This document shows, one piece after another, positions 9,895-18,661 of a stretch of 51,546 nt of DNA. How positions within the stretch are numbered: position 1 is the stretch's first letter; every line of letters begins with the position of its first letter. Origin of the DNA: an uncultured Bdellovibrionales bacterium (GTDB lineage Bacteria; Patescibacteriota; Minisyncoccia; Moranbacterales; UBA1568); NCBI GenBank assembly GCA_964617535.1, contig CAZTYU010000005.1:6096-57641 (forward strand). The letters run 5' to 3'. Under the pieces are notes generated by a model. It was not told the DNA's origin and ran no database searches. It was given only the letters and a program-made list of their open reading frames with translations. Position numbers and translations under genes: made by a program.

Positions 9895-9924
9895 ATTGTA
9901 GGCGATTTTCCATCCCCATGTCAA
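9895..9924 (-). promoter_or_regulatory. Sigma70-like promoter for proS (TTGACA-18 nt-TACAAT on the minus strand)
   Basis: Reverse complement of 9919..9924 is TTGACA and of 9895..9900 is TACAAT, with an 18-nt spacer. The -10 sits about 25 nt upstream of the proS ATG at 9869. Confidence 0.5.
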
Positions 9925-9973
9925 AGAAAAAAGGCCCTTTCAAGCCTCAAATAAAACCATTTTTTCAAAACCC

Positions 9974-11137
9974 CTAGCGGCCCAAGGAAATCTCGAGCAG
10001 GTTCCCCGCCCGCTCGATGGAAAGCGTAATCCGATCCGAAACCGGAACTTCGTAGAGCGCAACTGAAAGCGGCCACTCCAAATTGATTTCGCGGCCATTT
10101 ACCGCTGTCACGATATCGCCATAGCGGAGACCAGCCTTTTCAGCGAGCGATCCCGAGATAACCGCGAGACCCGAACGCTCCGACGGGGTAAAGATCATCG
10201 CGCCGCGATCGCGCGAGAGACCGAATGTCAGTGCTGTTTCGCGCGAGAGTGAAACATAGTACGCACCGATACCGACATAAGACGCTGCCTGACCATTGAT
10301 CACTCGCTGGAGCGAGAGGCGGAGCGCATTAGCCGGCAGGATAAATGCCTGTTCTTCTCCGTCAAACGTTATCGTGCCGATGAGGCCGATGAGATCTCCG
10401 TTCATCGCGACGGCGGCACCGCCGTTCCAGCCAGTGCCGATCTTCCGATCGGGCAAAAATACCCCCTCCCATTCGTCAGTCGACGCAACAGTCTTGCCTG
10501 ACAGATTGAAGGAACGGCTGCGTTCCCCGATATACCCGCTCACGAGCCTGGATTCCTCCGGATCTCCCGTGCTTGCGAGGGCGATGAAGCGCCGGCCCTG
10601 GCGGATATCGTTCGAATTCGCAAAACTCATGGCTGGCGTATCGGCGCGTTCCGTCCGGAAGTAGGCAACATTTACCACGGCGTCGTACGCTACAAATTCA
10701 GCGATCGAGGCATTGCCATCGGAAAAAAATACCGTGAACCTCCGCGTATTCGTCACCGGGGCTTCATTCATATAGGTCGCGACCATGCCGTCATTGGTCA
10801 CGAGGACGCCAGACCATTCGTTCACGGCACCGCTGGTAAGCCGGGCAGTCCGATCAATTGGTACGGAGACAATGCTGACGACCGCTGTCCGAGGGGCAGC
10901 GATGAAGCGCTCGAGCCCCTCTTCCTGAGAAAGTACCACCTGTTCGGTCTTTTGGATGACAGTCGTACTCCCCAGCCCGGCGGTTAGCCACGGCAACTCG
11001 GAAACGAGCGGCCATGTCGAAAGTCTCGGGAGTATAAATGCATAGGCAAGCGCGCTAAAAACTCCTGCTCCCAATGCGAGAAGCAAGAAAAGGCTGAGGA
11101 GTCGGAAAAAGCGCTTACATGAGGTCAGAAATTCCAT
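9974..11137 (-). CDS. HtrA/DegP-like trypsin-fold plus PDZ protein with all three catalytic residues replaced (pseudo-protease), membrane-anchored
   Basis: 387 aa with an N-terminal TM helix and a C-terminal PDZ-like LAEKAGLRYGDIVTAVNGREI. By-eye alignment to the bona fide HtrA at 14726..16009 gives TNKHV to TYMNE, NDVAV to VNVAY and GNSGGP to GWNGGA. Confidence 0.8.
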   Translation of the reverse strand: MEFLTSCKRFFRLLSLFLLLALGAGVFSALAYAFILPRLSTWPLVSELPWLTAGLGSTTVIQKTEQVVLSQEEGLERFIAAPRTAVVSIVSVPIDRTARLTSGAVNEWSGVLVTNDGMVATYMNEAPVTNTRRFTVFFSDGNASIAEFVAYDAVVNVAYFRTERADTPAMSFANSNDIRQGRRFIALASTGDPEESRLVSGYIGERSRSFNLSGKTVASTDEWEGVFLPDRKIGTGWNGGAAVAMNGDLIGLIGTITFDGEEQAFILPANALRLSLQRVINGQAASYVGIGAYYVSLSRETALTFGLSRDRGAMIFTPSERSGLAVISGSLAEKAGLRYGDIVTAVNGREINLEWPLSVALYEVPVSDRITLSIERAGNLLEISLGR

Positions 11138-11200
11138 AATCGGTCTAGAGGGTTTCTATCACGTTTTCCGATTCTCGGCAACGCGGAAAAGCACTGGACT

Positions 11201-11956
11201 TTAGGCCCGCATTCGCCACGGCGACGTGATGAGGAGCAGTGCGATCAGAACGAGGAGGATCGCCCCTTCGACCAGCATCCGTCTCTTGGCCACGCTCCCC
11301 CGCAAGAGATCGAGCGTCAAACGCCACAAGAGATAGAAGAAGACGAGGAGTGCCGCGCCGATCGTCAGGTAGCCAAACGGCCAGAAATGGACTGCCCAAA
11401 CAAGCTCGCCCATCACCATCCCGAGTGCCACCGAACCAAGGAGGACTTCGCGCACATCATCCCGTCCTGCCCAATACAGCGTTTGAAACGCGACAATGCC
11501 GGTCGCCAAAAAGAAGACCAGCATGAGGAGCGCGAGCGGCACTTCATAGTTGAGGTAGAGTCCGTACGCGGCCGCATACGTGAAGAAGAGACTCGCCAGC
11601 GCCGCTGTATTCAGGAGAGCCCGTGCCGTCTCATCGGTCGGGATGAGTTTCAATCGGTAGATGCCAAGGAGCGTCGAATAGAAAAGGATCGTCGCCACCC
11701 AGACGAAGATACGCTGTTCGAAAGCGACATCGATGAGCGAAAGCAGTAGCAGCGTACTGAAGGAAACAACGCTCGGAAGAAATGCCGGATACCATTTGTC
11801 CGTCAGTCGCCGCGACGCCGCGAGCGAAAGCATCACGAAGACGAGAACAGACAAACTATACCAAGACCAAGCCGGAATGATCGGCTCCCGGATCAGGAAC
11901 GAAAGCATCCCGAAAAAGACGGCCGAAAACAGGAATACGGTAAAGTGGAAAATCAT
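11201..11956 (-). CDS. Integral membrane protein (about 8 TM helices), function unknown
   Basis: 251-aa hydrophobic ORF. Its ATG overlaps the clpB stop (ATGA at 11953..11956), which suggests translational coupling. Confidence 0.7.
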   Translation of the reverse strand: MIFHFTVFLFSAVFFGMLSFLIREPIIPAWSWYSLSVLVFVMLSLAASRRLTDKWYPAFLPSVVSFSTLLLLSLIDVAFEQRIFVWVATILFYSTLLGIYRLKLIPTDETARALLNTAALASLFFTYAAAYGLYLNYEVPLALLMLVFFLATGIVAFQTLYWAGRDDVREVLLGSVALGMVMGELVWAVHFWPFGYLTIGAALLVFFYLLWRLTLDLLRGSVAKRRMLVEGAILLVLIALLLITSPWRMRA

Positions 11957-14592
11957 GCGCGGCGAGATTTCTTAGTGAGCGGCTCAAAGACGAGCTTTCC
12001 GTCCTTTTCGGTGATACCGATTTTCGAACCTGCCTGCATCTTACCCGTCACGAGGAGAAGTGCCAAGGGATCGAGGAGCTCGGTCTGGATCGCGCGCCGA
12101 AGCGGCCGCGCCCCATAGAGCGGGTCGAATCCCTTCTCACCAAGCCAGCGTTCGGCTTTTTGATCGATCTCGATCGCGATGTGCCGCTCGGCAAGCCGTG
12201 TTTTGACCGCCTCAATCTGGAGCTTGACAATCCGGTTGATCACCTCCTGAGAAAGCGGATGGAACACGATCATCTCATCAATCCGGTTCAGGAATTCCGG
12301 ACGGAATGTCGAACGAAGACTTCCCAGAACTGACTCGCGAACCTCCGCTTCGCCGAGCGCATCTTCTTTCTCGGCGGCACTAAAGCCAAGCTGGGCCGAG
12401 CGGCCGAGGAGTTCCGATCCGACATTCGATGTCATGATGATGACCGTATTCTTGAAATTCACGACCCGACCCTTCGCATCTGTCAGCCGGCCGTCATCAA
12501 GCACCTGGAGCAAGATGTTGAAAACATCCGGATGTGCCTTCTCGATTTCGTCGAAGAGAACGACCGCATACGGACGGCGACGTACCATCTCAGTCAGCTG
12601 GCCGCCTTCTTCATAACCGACATATCCAGGAGGCGAACCGATGAGTTTCGCAACCGAATGCGATTCCATATATTCGCTCATATCGACGCGGAGGAGCGCC
12701 TTCTCATCATCAAAGAGAAATTCAGCGAGCGCCTTCGCAAGCTCAGTCTTGCCGACGCCAGTCATCCCGAGGAAGAGAAAAGATCCGATCGGCCGACCTT
12801 CCTCAGAGAGGCCAGCGCGAGAGCGGCGGATCGCATTCGCAACCGCATGAATAGCATCGTCTTGGCCGATGACGCGCGCGCTCAATCGAGCCTCCATCTC
12901 GGCGAGCTTGGCCGACTCCTGTGCGAGCATCTTGGCAACCGGGACGCCGGTCCAGCGCGAGACAACCGCAGCGATATCCTCTTCCCCGATCTCTTCTTTG
13001 AGGAGCATCTCGCCCGCTTGGATGGCACTCAGTTTCGCCTCGGCCTCGCGCACGGCCGTTTCTACTTTCGGTATCTCGCCGTAGCGGATCTCGGCGACCC
13101 GATCGAGGTTGCCGGAACGCTCTGCAATCTCCGCCTCTGAGCGGAGCTTTTCCAGCGCTTTCTTGTGATTGCGCGCCGCCATGATGAGGTCGCGCTCAGA
13201 ACGCCACTGAAGCGAGAGTCGATCGCGCCGCTCGCGTTTTCCAGCGAGATCTTTTTCAATTGCCGCAATCTTTTTCAGCGCATCGCTCCCCTTCTCTTTT
13301 TCGAGCGCCCGCTTCTCGATCTCCATCCGGCGGATATCGCGCAGGGTGCCATCGAGCTCGGTCGGGAGCGACTCGATTTCCATCCGGCGAAGCGAAGCTG
13401 CCTCGTCGATGAGATCAATCGCCTTGTCAGGGAGGAATCGGTCCGTGATATAGCGCCGCGACAGCTTCACCGCCGCGACCAGTGCCGCATCCGTAATATT
13501 CACGCCATGATGAAGCGCGTATTTTTCCTTGATGCCACGGAGAATAGCGATCGCATCCTCCTCGGACGGTTCGGTGACCATAACCGGCTGAAACCTCCGT
13601 TCGAGCGCTGCATCCTTCTCGATATATTTCTGGTACTCCTTGAGCGTCGTCGCGCCGATCGTGCGGAGTTTCCCGCGCGCGAGGGCTGGCTTCAGCATGT
13701 TCGATGCATCCAGCGCTCCCTCGGTCGCCCCGGCTCCGACGAGCGTATGGAGCTCATCGATAAAGAGGATAAAATGATCAGCTGATCGCTCGATTTCTTT
13801 CAGGATCGATTTGAGCCGCTCCTCAAATTCACCACGAAACTTCGCTCCCGCAAGGAGGCTCCCCAGATCCAGCGAGACGATCTCCTTGTCCTTGAGCGAC
13901 TCCGGCACATCGCCCGAGACGATACGCAGCGCCAGTCCCTCGGCAATCGCCGTCTTGCCGGTGCCAGCTTCACCAATGAGCACCGGATTATTTTTGGTTC
14001 GACGCGAGAGCACCTGGATCACGCGGCGGATCTCACCGTCACGTCCGATGACCGGATCGAGTTTCTCTTCTCGGGCCAGCGCCGTAAGATTGACGGCATA
14101 TTTCTCGAGCGCCTGATAGCTGGCTTCGGGTCGTTCGTTTTCGACGCTCGTCTGGCCGCGCACCTCAGAGAGAACGGCCAGCATCTTGTCCTCCGTCAGA
14201 CCAGCAGAGAGGAGTATCTGACGCGCTTCGTTATCGGCGAGCGTCAGCGCGATGAAAAGATGTTCGGTCGAAATGAAACGATCGCCCATTTTCTGCATCG
14301 TCTTCTCGGCTTGACTGAAAACCTGAGACAAATTTGCCGCAAGATAGACCTGTCCGATTGCTCCTGTTTTCCCTGACGGAAATGCGTCAATCAGTCCAAG
14401 CGCCTCACCTTTGAGTTTTTCGATATCTGGAACGATGCGACGCGCGACGACCGGAACGATAGAATCATCCTGTGAAAGGAGCGCGTACAGGAGGTGTGGA
14501 GCGCGTAGCTCTGGATTCCCTCGGGAGAGGGCGTTTTCCTGAGCCGCCCGCACCGCCTCCTGACTTTTCTCGGTAAAACGATTGATGTTCAT
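11953..14592 (-). CDS. clpB: Chaperone disaggregase ClpB
   Basis: 879 aa. Contains a Clp_N repeat, NBD1 [15 protein letters not shown] / [10 protein letters not shown], a long coiled-coil middle domain, and NBD2 [16 protein letters not shown] / [11 protein letters not shown] / GARPLRR. Confidence 0.96.
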   Translation of the reverse strand: MNINRFTEKSQEAVRAAQENALSRGNPELRAPHLLYALLSQDDSIVPVVARRIVPDIEKLKGEALGLIDAFPSGKTGAIGQVYLAANLSQVFSQAEKTMQKMGDRFISTEHLFIALTLADNEARQILLSAGLTEDKMLAVLSEVRGQTSVENERPEASYQALEKYAVNLTALAREEKLDPVIGRDGEIRRVIQVLSRRTKNNPVLIGEAGTGKTAIAEGLALRIVSGDVPESLKDKEIVSLDLGSLLAGAKFRGEFEERLKSILKEIERSADHFILFIDELHTLVGAGATEGALDASNMLKPALARGKLRTIGATTLKEYQKYIEKDAALERRFQPVMVTEPSEEDAIAILRGIKEKYALHHGVNITDAALVAAVKLSRRYITDRFLPDKAIDLIDEAASLRRMEIESLPTELDGTLRDIRRMEIEKRALEKEKGSDALKKIAAIEKDLAGKRERRDRLSLQWRSERDLIMAARNHKKALEKLRSEAEIAERSGNLDRVAEIRYGEIPKVETAVREAEAKLSAIQAGEMLLKEEIGEEDIAAVVSRWTGVPVAKMLAQESAKLAEMEARLSARVIGQDDAIHAVANAIRRSRAGLSEEGRPIGSFLFLGMTGVGKTELAKALAEFLFDDEKALLRVDMSEYMESHSVAKLIGSPPGYVGYEEGGQLTEMVRRRPYAVVLFDEIEKAHPDVFNILLQVLDDGRLTDAKGRVVNFKNTVIIMTSNVGSELLGRSAQLGFSAAEKEDALGEAEVRESVLGSLRSTFRPEFLNRIDEMIVFHPLSQEVINRIVKLQIEAVKTRLAERHIAIEIDQKAERWLGEKGFDPLYGARPLRRAIQTELLDPLALLLVTGKMQAGSKIGITEKDGKLVFEPLTKKSRRA

Positions 14593-14628
14593 ACGCGTAT
14601 ATTTATTATCTGCCGCTACTGTAGCGCA

Positions 14629-14655
14629 TTAGCACTCTACATGCAAGAGTGCTAA
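14629..14655. promoter_or_regulatory. CIRCE operator (HrcA binding site), perfect consensus
   Basis: TTAGCACTC-TACATGCAA-GAGTGCTAA matches the TTAGCACTC-N9-GAGTGCTAA consensus exactly. It lies 37 nt upstream of the clpB ATG. A possible TTGCAT-17-TACAGT promoter overlaps its proximal half on the minus strand. Confidence 0.85.
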
Positions 14656-14674
14656 TTCTGGGTTTTATTCCCAC

Positions 14675-14699
14675 AAAAAAGCAGCCCTTCTGGGGCCGC
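14675..14699 (-). terminator. Rho-independent terminator after htrA
   Basis: The minus strand reads GCGGCCCCAGAAGGGCUGC, a 7-bp stem with one G-U pair. It is followed by UUUUUU and lies 27 nt after the htrA stop. Confidence 0.6.
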
Positions 14700-14725
14700 C
14701 ATTTGTTCGGTATTTTCCGCCGGAC

Positions 14726-16009
14726 TCAAGGTTGCAGCCGACGTTCTTCGAGCCGAATCGTCACCTCTTTCTCATCGCCTTTATGCGAGATACGAAGTTT
14801 CACGGTATCCCCGACCTGGTGTCCGGCAATGAGTACCGAAAGCGGGTGTTTCTCATCCACTTTTTGGCCATCGATCTCGAGGATGATGTCATTCTCCACC
14901 AGCCCCGCTTTGTCCGCCGGCGATCCAGGTATCACCGCGAAATCCGTCAGATTTTCACCGCGCTGAATAAGCGCGCCGTAGCTGTACGAGAGGCCGGCCT
15001 CCGCGCTGATATCCTCATTGAGAATGACGTAGCGCACACCAATATACGGGACAGCGATGCGGCCGGTCCGCTTCACCTCATCGACCGCACGCTTGATCTG
15101 ATTGACTGGGATCGCGAAACCGATATTCTCAGCGCCCTGGGCGACAGCGACATTGATACCGATCACTTCGCCGGAAAGATTGAGAAGTGGTCCACCGGAA
15201 TTCCCCGGATTGATTGCCGCATCAGTCTGGATGATATCGCGAAGCACTTCCTCCTGACCGTACGAGACGCCGGCCGAGAGCTCGCGTTTGAGTCCGGAAA
15301 TGATGCCGCGCGAAACAGAGTTAGCGAATTCACCCAAGGGATTTCCGATCGCGATCGCCGTCTGGCCGACGCGAACCGCATCCGAATCACCGAGGGGCAG
15401 CGCCGGAAAACCGTCTCCGTTCACCTTGATAACGGCGACATCATTGACGGGATCGAGCGCCAGCACGGTGGCCGGCAATTCTTTTCCATCAGTCGTGATC
15501 ACCGTGTATTCCGCCCGACTATCGGATACAACATGCTTGTTCGTGACAATATAGCCATCCTGACTGACAAAAAATCCCGATCCGTATCCGACGGTCTGCC
15601 GCGTCGATTCCCCCGGATCCTGAGATCGGTTAGAGAACGGAAATCCGAAAAAGCTCCGGACCTTCGGCACGTCCTTTGTGATGACGATGCTGACGACTGC
15701 AGGCGATGCACGCTCCACGACAGAGACGATTCCCTGGTCTTCAAGCGGCACTGGGGCAGGTTCAGCGACTGTTTTCTGGATGCTCTCCGGGGCATTTCGA
15801 CTAAAGAGCTTTCCGATAACCGAAACCGAATCGAGACGGGCCATATAGCCTCCGAGGAGTCCAAAGACGAATGAGAGAAGCACCACGAGCGGCCACGGCG
15901 CACCCGTGCGTTTCGCTGGCATTTCCTTTCCGCTGATGCGGAGATCCGGGACAACGGTCGGTGGAGTTGGTGTTTCGGGGACGTTCAAATCAGGGTTTTG
16001 ATTTTGCAT
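14726..16009 (-). CDS. htrA: Periplasmic-type serine protease HtrA/DegP with one PDZ domain, N-terminal membrane anchor
   Basis: 427 aa. Catalytic triad motifs are intact: TNKHVV, NDVAVIKV, GNSGGPLLN. PDZ domain: PADKAGLVENDIILEIDGQKV. Confidence 0.92.
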   Translation of the reverse strand: MQNQNPDLNVPETPTPPTVVPDLRISGKEMPAKRTGAPWPLVVLLSFVFGLLGGYMARLDSVSVIGKLFSRNAPESIQKTVAEPAPVPLEDQGIVSVVERASPAVVSIVITKDVPKVRSFFGFPFSNRSQDPGESTRQTVGYGSGFFVSQDGYIVTNKHVVSDSRAEYTVITTDGKELPATVLALDPVNDVAVIKVNGDGFPALPLGDSDAVRVGQTAIAIGNPLGEFANSVSRGIISGLKRELSAGVSYGQEEVLRDIIQTDAAINPGNSGGPLLNLSGEVIGINVAVAQGAENIGFAIPVNQIKRAVDEVKRTGRIAVPYIGVRYVILNEDISAEAGLSYSYGALIQRGENLTDFAVIPGSPADKAGLVENDIILEIDGQKVDEKHPLSVLIAGHQVGDTVKLRISHKGDEKEVTIRLEERRLQP

Positions 16010-16027
16010 ACGTTTGGTGTTTACGGT

Positions 16028-17083
16028 TTAGAAAAGCAGCGTTGGATCGCTCTCCGCATTCTCGCGAAGTTTCTTCTCATAGGCCCGCATTTCCTCCGAG
16101 CGGAACTCGATACGCGCTTCATCGCGTCGCCATTCATATTCGTCCGAGATGACGCTCACCGGCAGCGCCCTCATCTGTTCGCTCAGCCAATCAGCAAAGG
16201 AAAGCTTCCGTGTGAAAATCTGGCGGATGTAATACTGCCGGACGTCATCCTCGAGCTTGGTGTCCTCGACCAACAGGATATGATATCCGAGCGGGCTTTC
16301 GACAATACCGGTCGCGATGCCGAGCTTTGCATTGTCCACCGGGCTGCGGAGTTCTGGCGCGAGATCCTCAAGGTAAAACCAGCCGAGGTCTCCCCCTTGG
16401 GCCTTCGTCTCCCCTTCGGAATACTTGCGTGCCACATCGGGAAATGCCTCCTTCGCCTTGAGCGCTTTTTCCGCTGCCTGAATCGCTTCCTTCGCCTTGG
16501 TCTGATCGACTTCGGACTCGTACACCTTGAAAAGTTCTGCCTCGTACATCGCCGGACGGACGATCTGCTCCTGAAAATCCAGAATCGTCCAGCCGTAGAG
16601 GCGAGCAAGCGTTTCTTCTACCTTGTCCGTTGTGCCAAGTTCCTTCATCTTCACGGTCGTTTCTTCCTCGACCTGGCTGCTCGTGACAGAAATTCCGCGT
16701 TCACGCGCCAAGAGTTCAACAGCTTTGTCCTCGAGCATCTTATTAACGAGGTCTTTTTCACGGATCTTCAATCGCTTTTTTCCGTCATCAGTCGTGAAGT
16801 CGACACGCATGCCGAGTTCGGCGAAGTCCTGAGATTCATAGAAATGCCGAAGCGCCTCCCGGTTTGCGGAGAGCCCTTCGGTCGTCACCGCAACGCCCTG
16901 CCCGATCAGGACCACTGGAAAAGGAAACCGGGTCGTAAAGAGGCGGCTGAATCCGTTCTCTGGAAATTTGTAGACGAGGACGAGGACGCTGATCGCAAGC
17001 GCTATGACGAGAATGAAAGCAGCGAGAACGATCTTCGGCCACTGCGGCGTAAACGGTTTGATGGGGAGGTCGACTTCAACCAT
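16028..17083 (-). CDS. Membrane-anchored PpiC/parvulin-type peptidyl-prolyl isomerase (PrsA/SurA-like)
   Basis: 351 aa with an N-terminal TM helix, a SurA_N-like helical region and the parvulin motif GGDLGWFYLEDLAPEL...GIVESPLGYHILLVED. Confidence 0.85.
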   Translation of the reverse strand: MVEVDLPIKPFTPQWPKIVLAAFILVIALAISVLVLVYKFPENGFSRLFTTRFPFPVVLIGQGVAVTTEGLSANREALRHFYESQDFAELGMRVDFTTDDGKKRLKIREKDLVNKMLEDKAVELLARERGISVTSSQVEEETTVKMKELGTTDKVEETLARLYGWTILDFQEQIVRPAMYEAELFKVYESEVDQTKAKEAIQAAEKALKAKEAFPDVARKYSEGETKAQGGDLGWFYLEDLAPELRSPVDNAKLGIATGIVESPLGYHILLVEDTKLEDDVRQYYIRQIFTRKLSFADWLSEQMRALPVSVISDEYEWRRDEARIEFRSEEMRAYEKKLRENAESDPTLLF

Positions 17084-17101
17084 AGTTTTTATATAGGTCT
17101 T

Positions 17102-17500
17102 TTAACGGTGAGCGGGGCCAAAAAAGCGATTCCACCATTTGCTGTAATTCGGAACTTCCCAAGCAACCTTTTCTGATGCATCCGATGGCGCAGCCGATGC
17201 CTCTGCTTCCTCGAATCGGACTTCGCCCTCGATCGCCATCACTTTTTCCTCCTGGCGCCGCAGACCAAGTTTCTCCTTGGCTTCTTCTTCCTTGAAATTC
17301 GGCGACGCGAAGTACTGAATTTTCTCTGAAAGCGTCTCGTTCTCCCGAGCAATCCTATCTGCCTCACGGCGGAGAACGTCGATCTCTGCCTGAATCCGGA
17401 CACTTCGCTCGTACTGGCGATAGCTCGCCCAACCGGCAGCGAGCCCAAGACCGATAATCACGATGAGTCCCAGACGAGCCCATGGAGAGCGCCAGCTCAT
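17102..17500 (-). CDS. Septum formation initiator family protein (FtsB/DivIC-like)
   Basis: 132 aa with an N-terminal TM helix, a coiled coil (IQAEIDVLRREADRIARENETLSEKIQ) and ...EEEAKEKLGLRRQEEKV, typical of DivIC/FtsB. Confidence 0.6.
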   Translation of the reverse strand: MSWRSPWARLGLIVIIGLGLAAGWASYRQYERSVRIQAEIDVLRREADRIARENETLSEKIQYFASPNFKEEEAKEKLGLRRQEEKVMAIEGEVRFEEAEASAAPSDASEKVAWEVPNYSKWWNRFFGPAHR

Positions 17501-17503
17501 AGG

Positions 17504-17614
17504 CTAGTAGAGAAAGAGAGGGGCGATGAGAAACAGCACCATAGAAAGCGCAACCAAGGCCGAAATAACGACCCAGGCGACATAGATCTTCTTGTGCCGC
17601 GTTTTGAAGCTCAT
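17504..17614 (-). CDS. Possible 36-aa single-TM micro-protein
   Basis: MSFKTRHKKIYVAWVVISALVALSMVLFLIAPLFLY starts at the internal ATG 17614. The longer track ORF (to 17764) has an implausible N-terminus. Support is weak. Confidence 0.3.
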   Translation of the reverse strand: MSFKTRHKKIYVAWVVISALVALSMVLFLIAPLFLY

Positions 17615-17670
17615 AGGCTGTTTCCATGGGCCAGTATAGCATAGCGGCTCTCGCCCGTTCAACGCTCTTA

Positions 17671-17698
17671 TTGACAGGTCTCTCTCGACTGATAGAAT
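17671..17698 (+). promoter_or_regulatory. Sigma70-like promoter (TTGACA-16 nt-TAGAAT) driving the truncated + strand ORF
   Basis: TTGACA at 17671..17676 and TAGAAT at 17693..17698. An AGGAG Shine-Dalgarno lies 5 nt before the ATG at 17763. Confidence 0.5.
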
Positions 17699-17762
17699 GC
17701 CGCCGACCTCGATTTCCGAGGCTTTTCGCCCTTTGACAACCCAACCCCTTCTAGGAGCAGCC

Positions 17763-17861
17763 ATGAAGACTTACTCAGTAGGCGGACTCACGCTTTCCCT
17801 CCCAATCATCCTCGGCGCCGGCGCCTGCAAAGACCCACGTCAGCTCAACAACGAAAACTAG
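17763..17861 (+). pseudogene. 32-codon 5' stump of a + strand gene (N-terminus resembles dihydroorotate-dehydrogenase-like TIM-barrel flavoenzymes), cut off at the edge of the RM island
   Basis: My translation is MKTYSVGGLTLSLPIILGAGACKDPRQLNNEN*. GL.L..P..LGAGA.K resembles the GLxFxNPxGLAAGxDK start of DHODH-like enzymes. The ORF has its own promoter and SD but stops exactly where GC content drops. Its TAG shares the CTAG at 17858..17861 with the convergent endonuclease stop. Confidence 0.4.
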
Positions 17862-18661
17862 TCCTTATAGTCACGTATTGCAGCGCCATCTAACTCATCC
17901 GCTGGCAGTAATTTATAGTGCCTTTCTTCGGCCACTTTGACTTCCTCTTCTTCAACGGTTAACTCAAACAGTGCAATTCTGTTGTCTGACATAAACTGAG
18001 CAGATATAGCCTTGCATTTCATTCCAGGAAATGTTTCTTGACACCATTGAATATCCTGAGACGTCTGAACAACAGAAATTTGATCCGCTCCACCTTTCGC
18101 CTGAACAGGTATAATGTAGTGGCACCCGTACTTATCAAGACCTACATAAAGTTCATCGATTTCGATTTGTGTCCCAGTACTCACCGTGGTACGCAAATGA
18201 CTCTGTAGACTATAAGTAGTTAGACCTAAAAACACGTCAAGCAAACGACTATATCGAACAACCGCTAGCAACGCTTGTTCATCATTGAGCGCATAGGCAC
18301 GGATAATCTCGGGAGTTGCATCAGGAATACCTACAGTAACAAGTTCTGTTCTCGGAAGAATCCTGCTAAGCTTCACTAGCTTAAACTGGTATTTAGCCCT
18401 CCCAGCACCAACAATAATCCACTCTTTTCCTTCCGGCTGCGTGCTCAAAATGGACTCCGGGAGTGCACTTCTATACCTGAGTGAATAAACTACATCACCC
18501 AGGTTTTTTGGTAAATCAATGCCAAGCTCTTGGGCCGCTGCTGGAATGTCTTCTCTGTCAAATTCGATGACAGAAAGTCCCTCAGTGTATCTGTCAGTAA
18601 ATATCTTTTCAATAATCCTCCCGTAACGATTGGATGCGGCAGGCGAATCATTTTTAGACAT
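17858..18661 (-). CDS. Putative type II restriction endonuclease partner of the C5-methyltransferase
   Basis: 267-aa ORF overlapping the MTase 3' end by 8 nt, with the same low GC. It has a PD-(D/E)xK-like arrangement ...QIEIDELYVGLDKYGCHYIIPVQAKGG... (D...QxK variant). No family recognised by eye. Confidence 0.6.
   Translation of the reverse strand: MSKNDSPAASNRYGRIIEKIFTDRYTEGLSVIEFDREDIPAAAQELGIDLPKNLGDVVYSLRYRSALPESILSTQPEGKEWIIVGAGRAKYQFKLVKLSRILPRTELVTVGIPDATPEIIRAYALNDEQALLAVVRYSRLLDVFLGLTTYSLQSHLRTTVSTGTQIEIDELYVGLDKYGCHYIIPVQAKGGADQISVVQTSQDIQWCQETFPGMKCKAISAQFMSDNRIALFELTVEEEEVKVAEERHYKLLPADELDGAAIRDYKD

Noticed and set aside
9925-9973. Terminator after the inactive HtrA gene (AGGC-N8-GCCT followed by T6 on the minus strand)
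   Set aside because: The stem has only 4 Watson-Crick pairs, which is too weak to call. The T-tract may simply be part of the proS promoter UP-like region.
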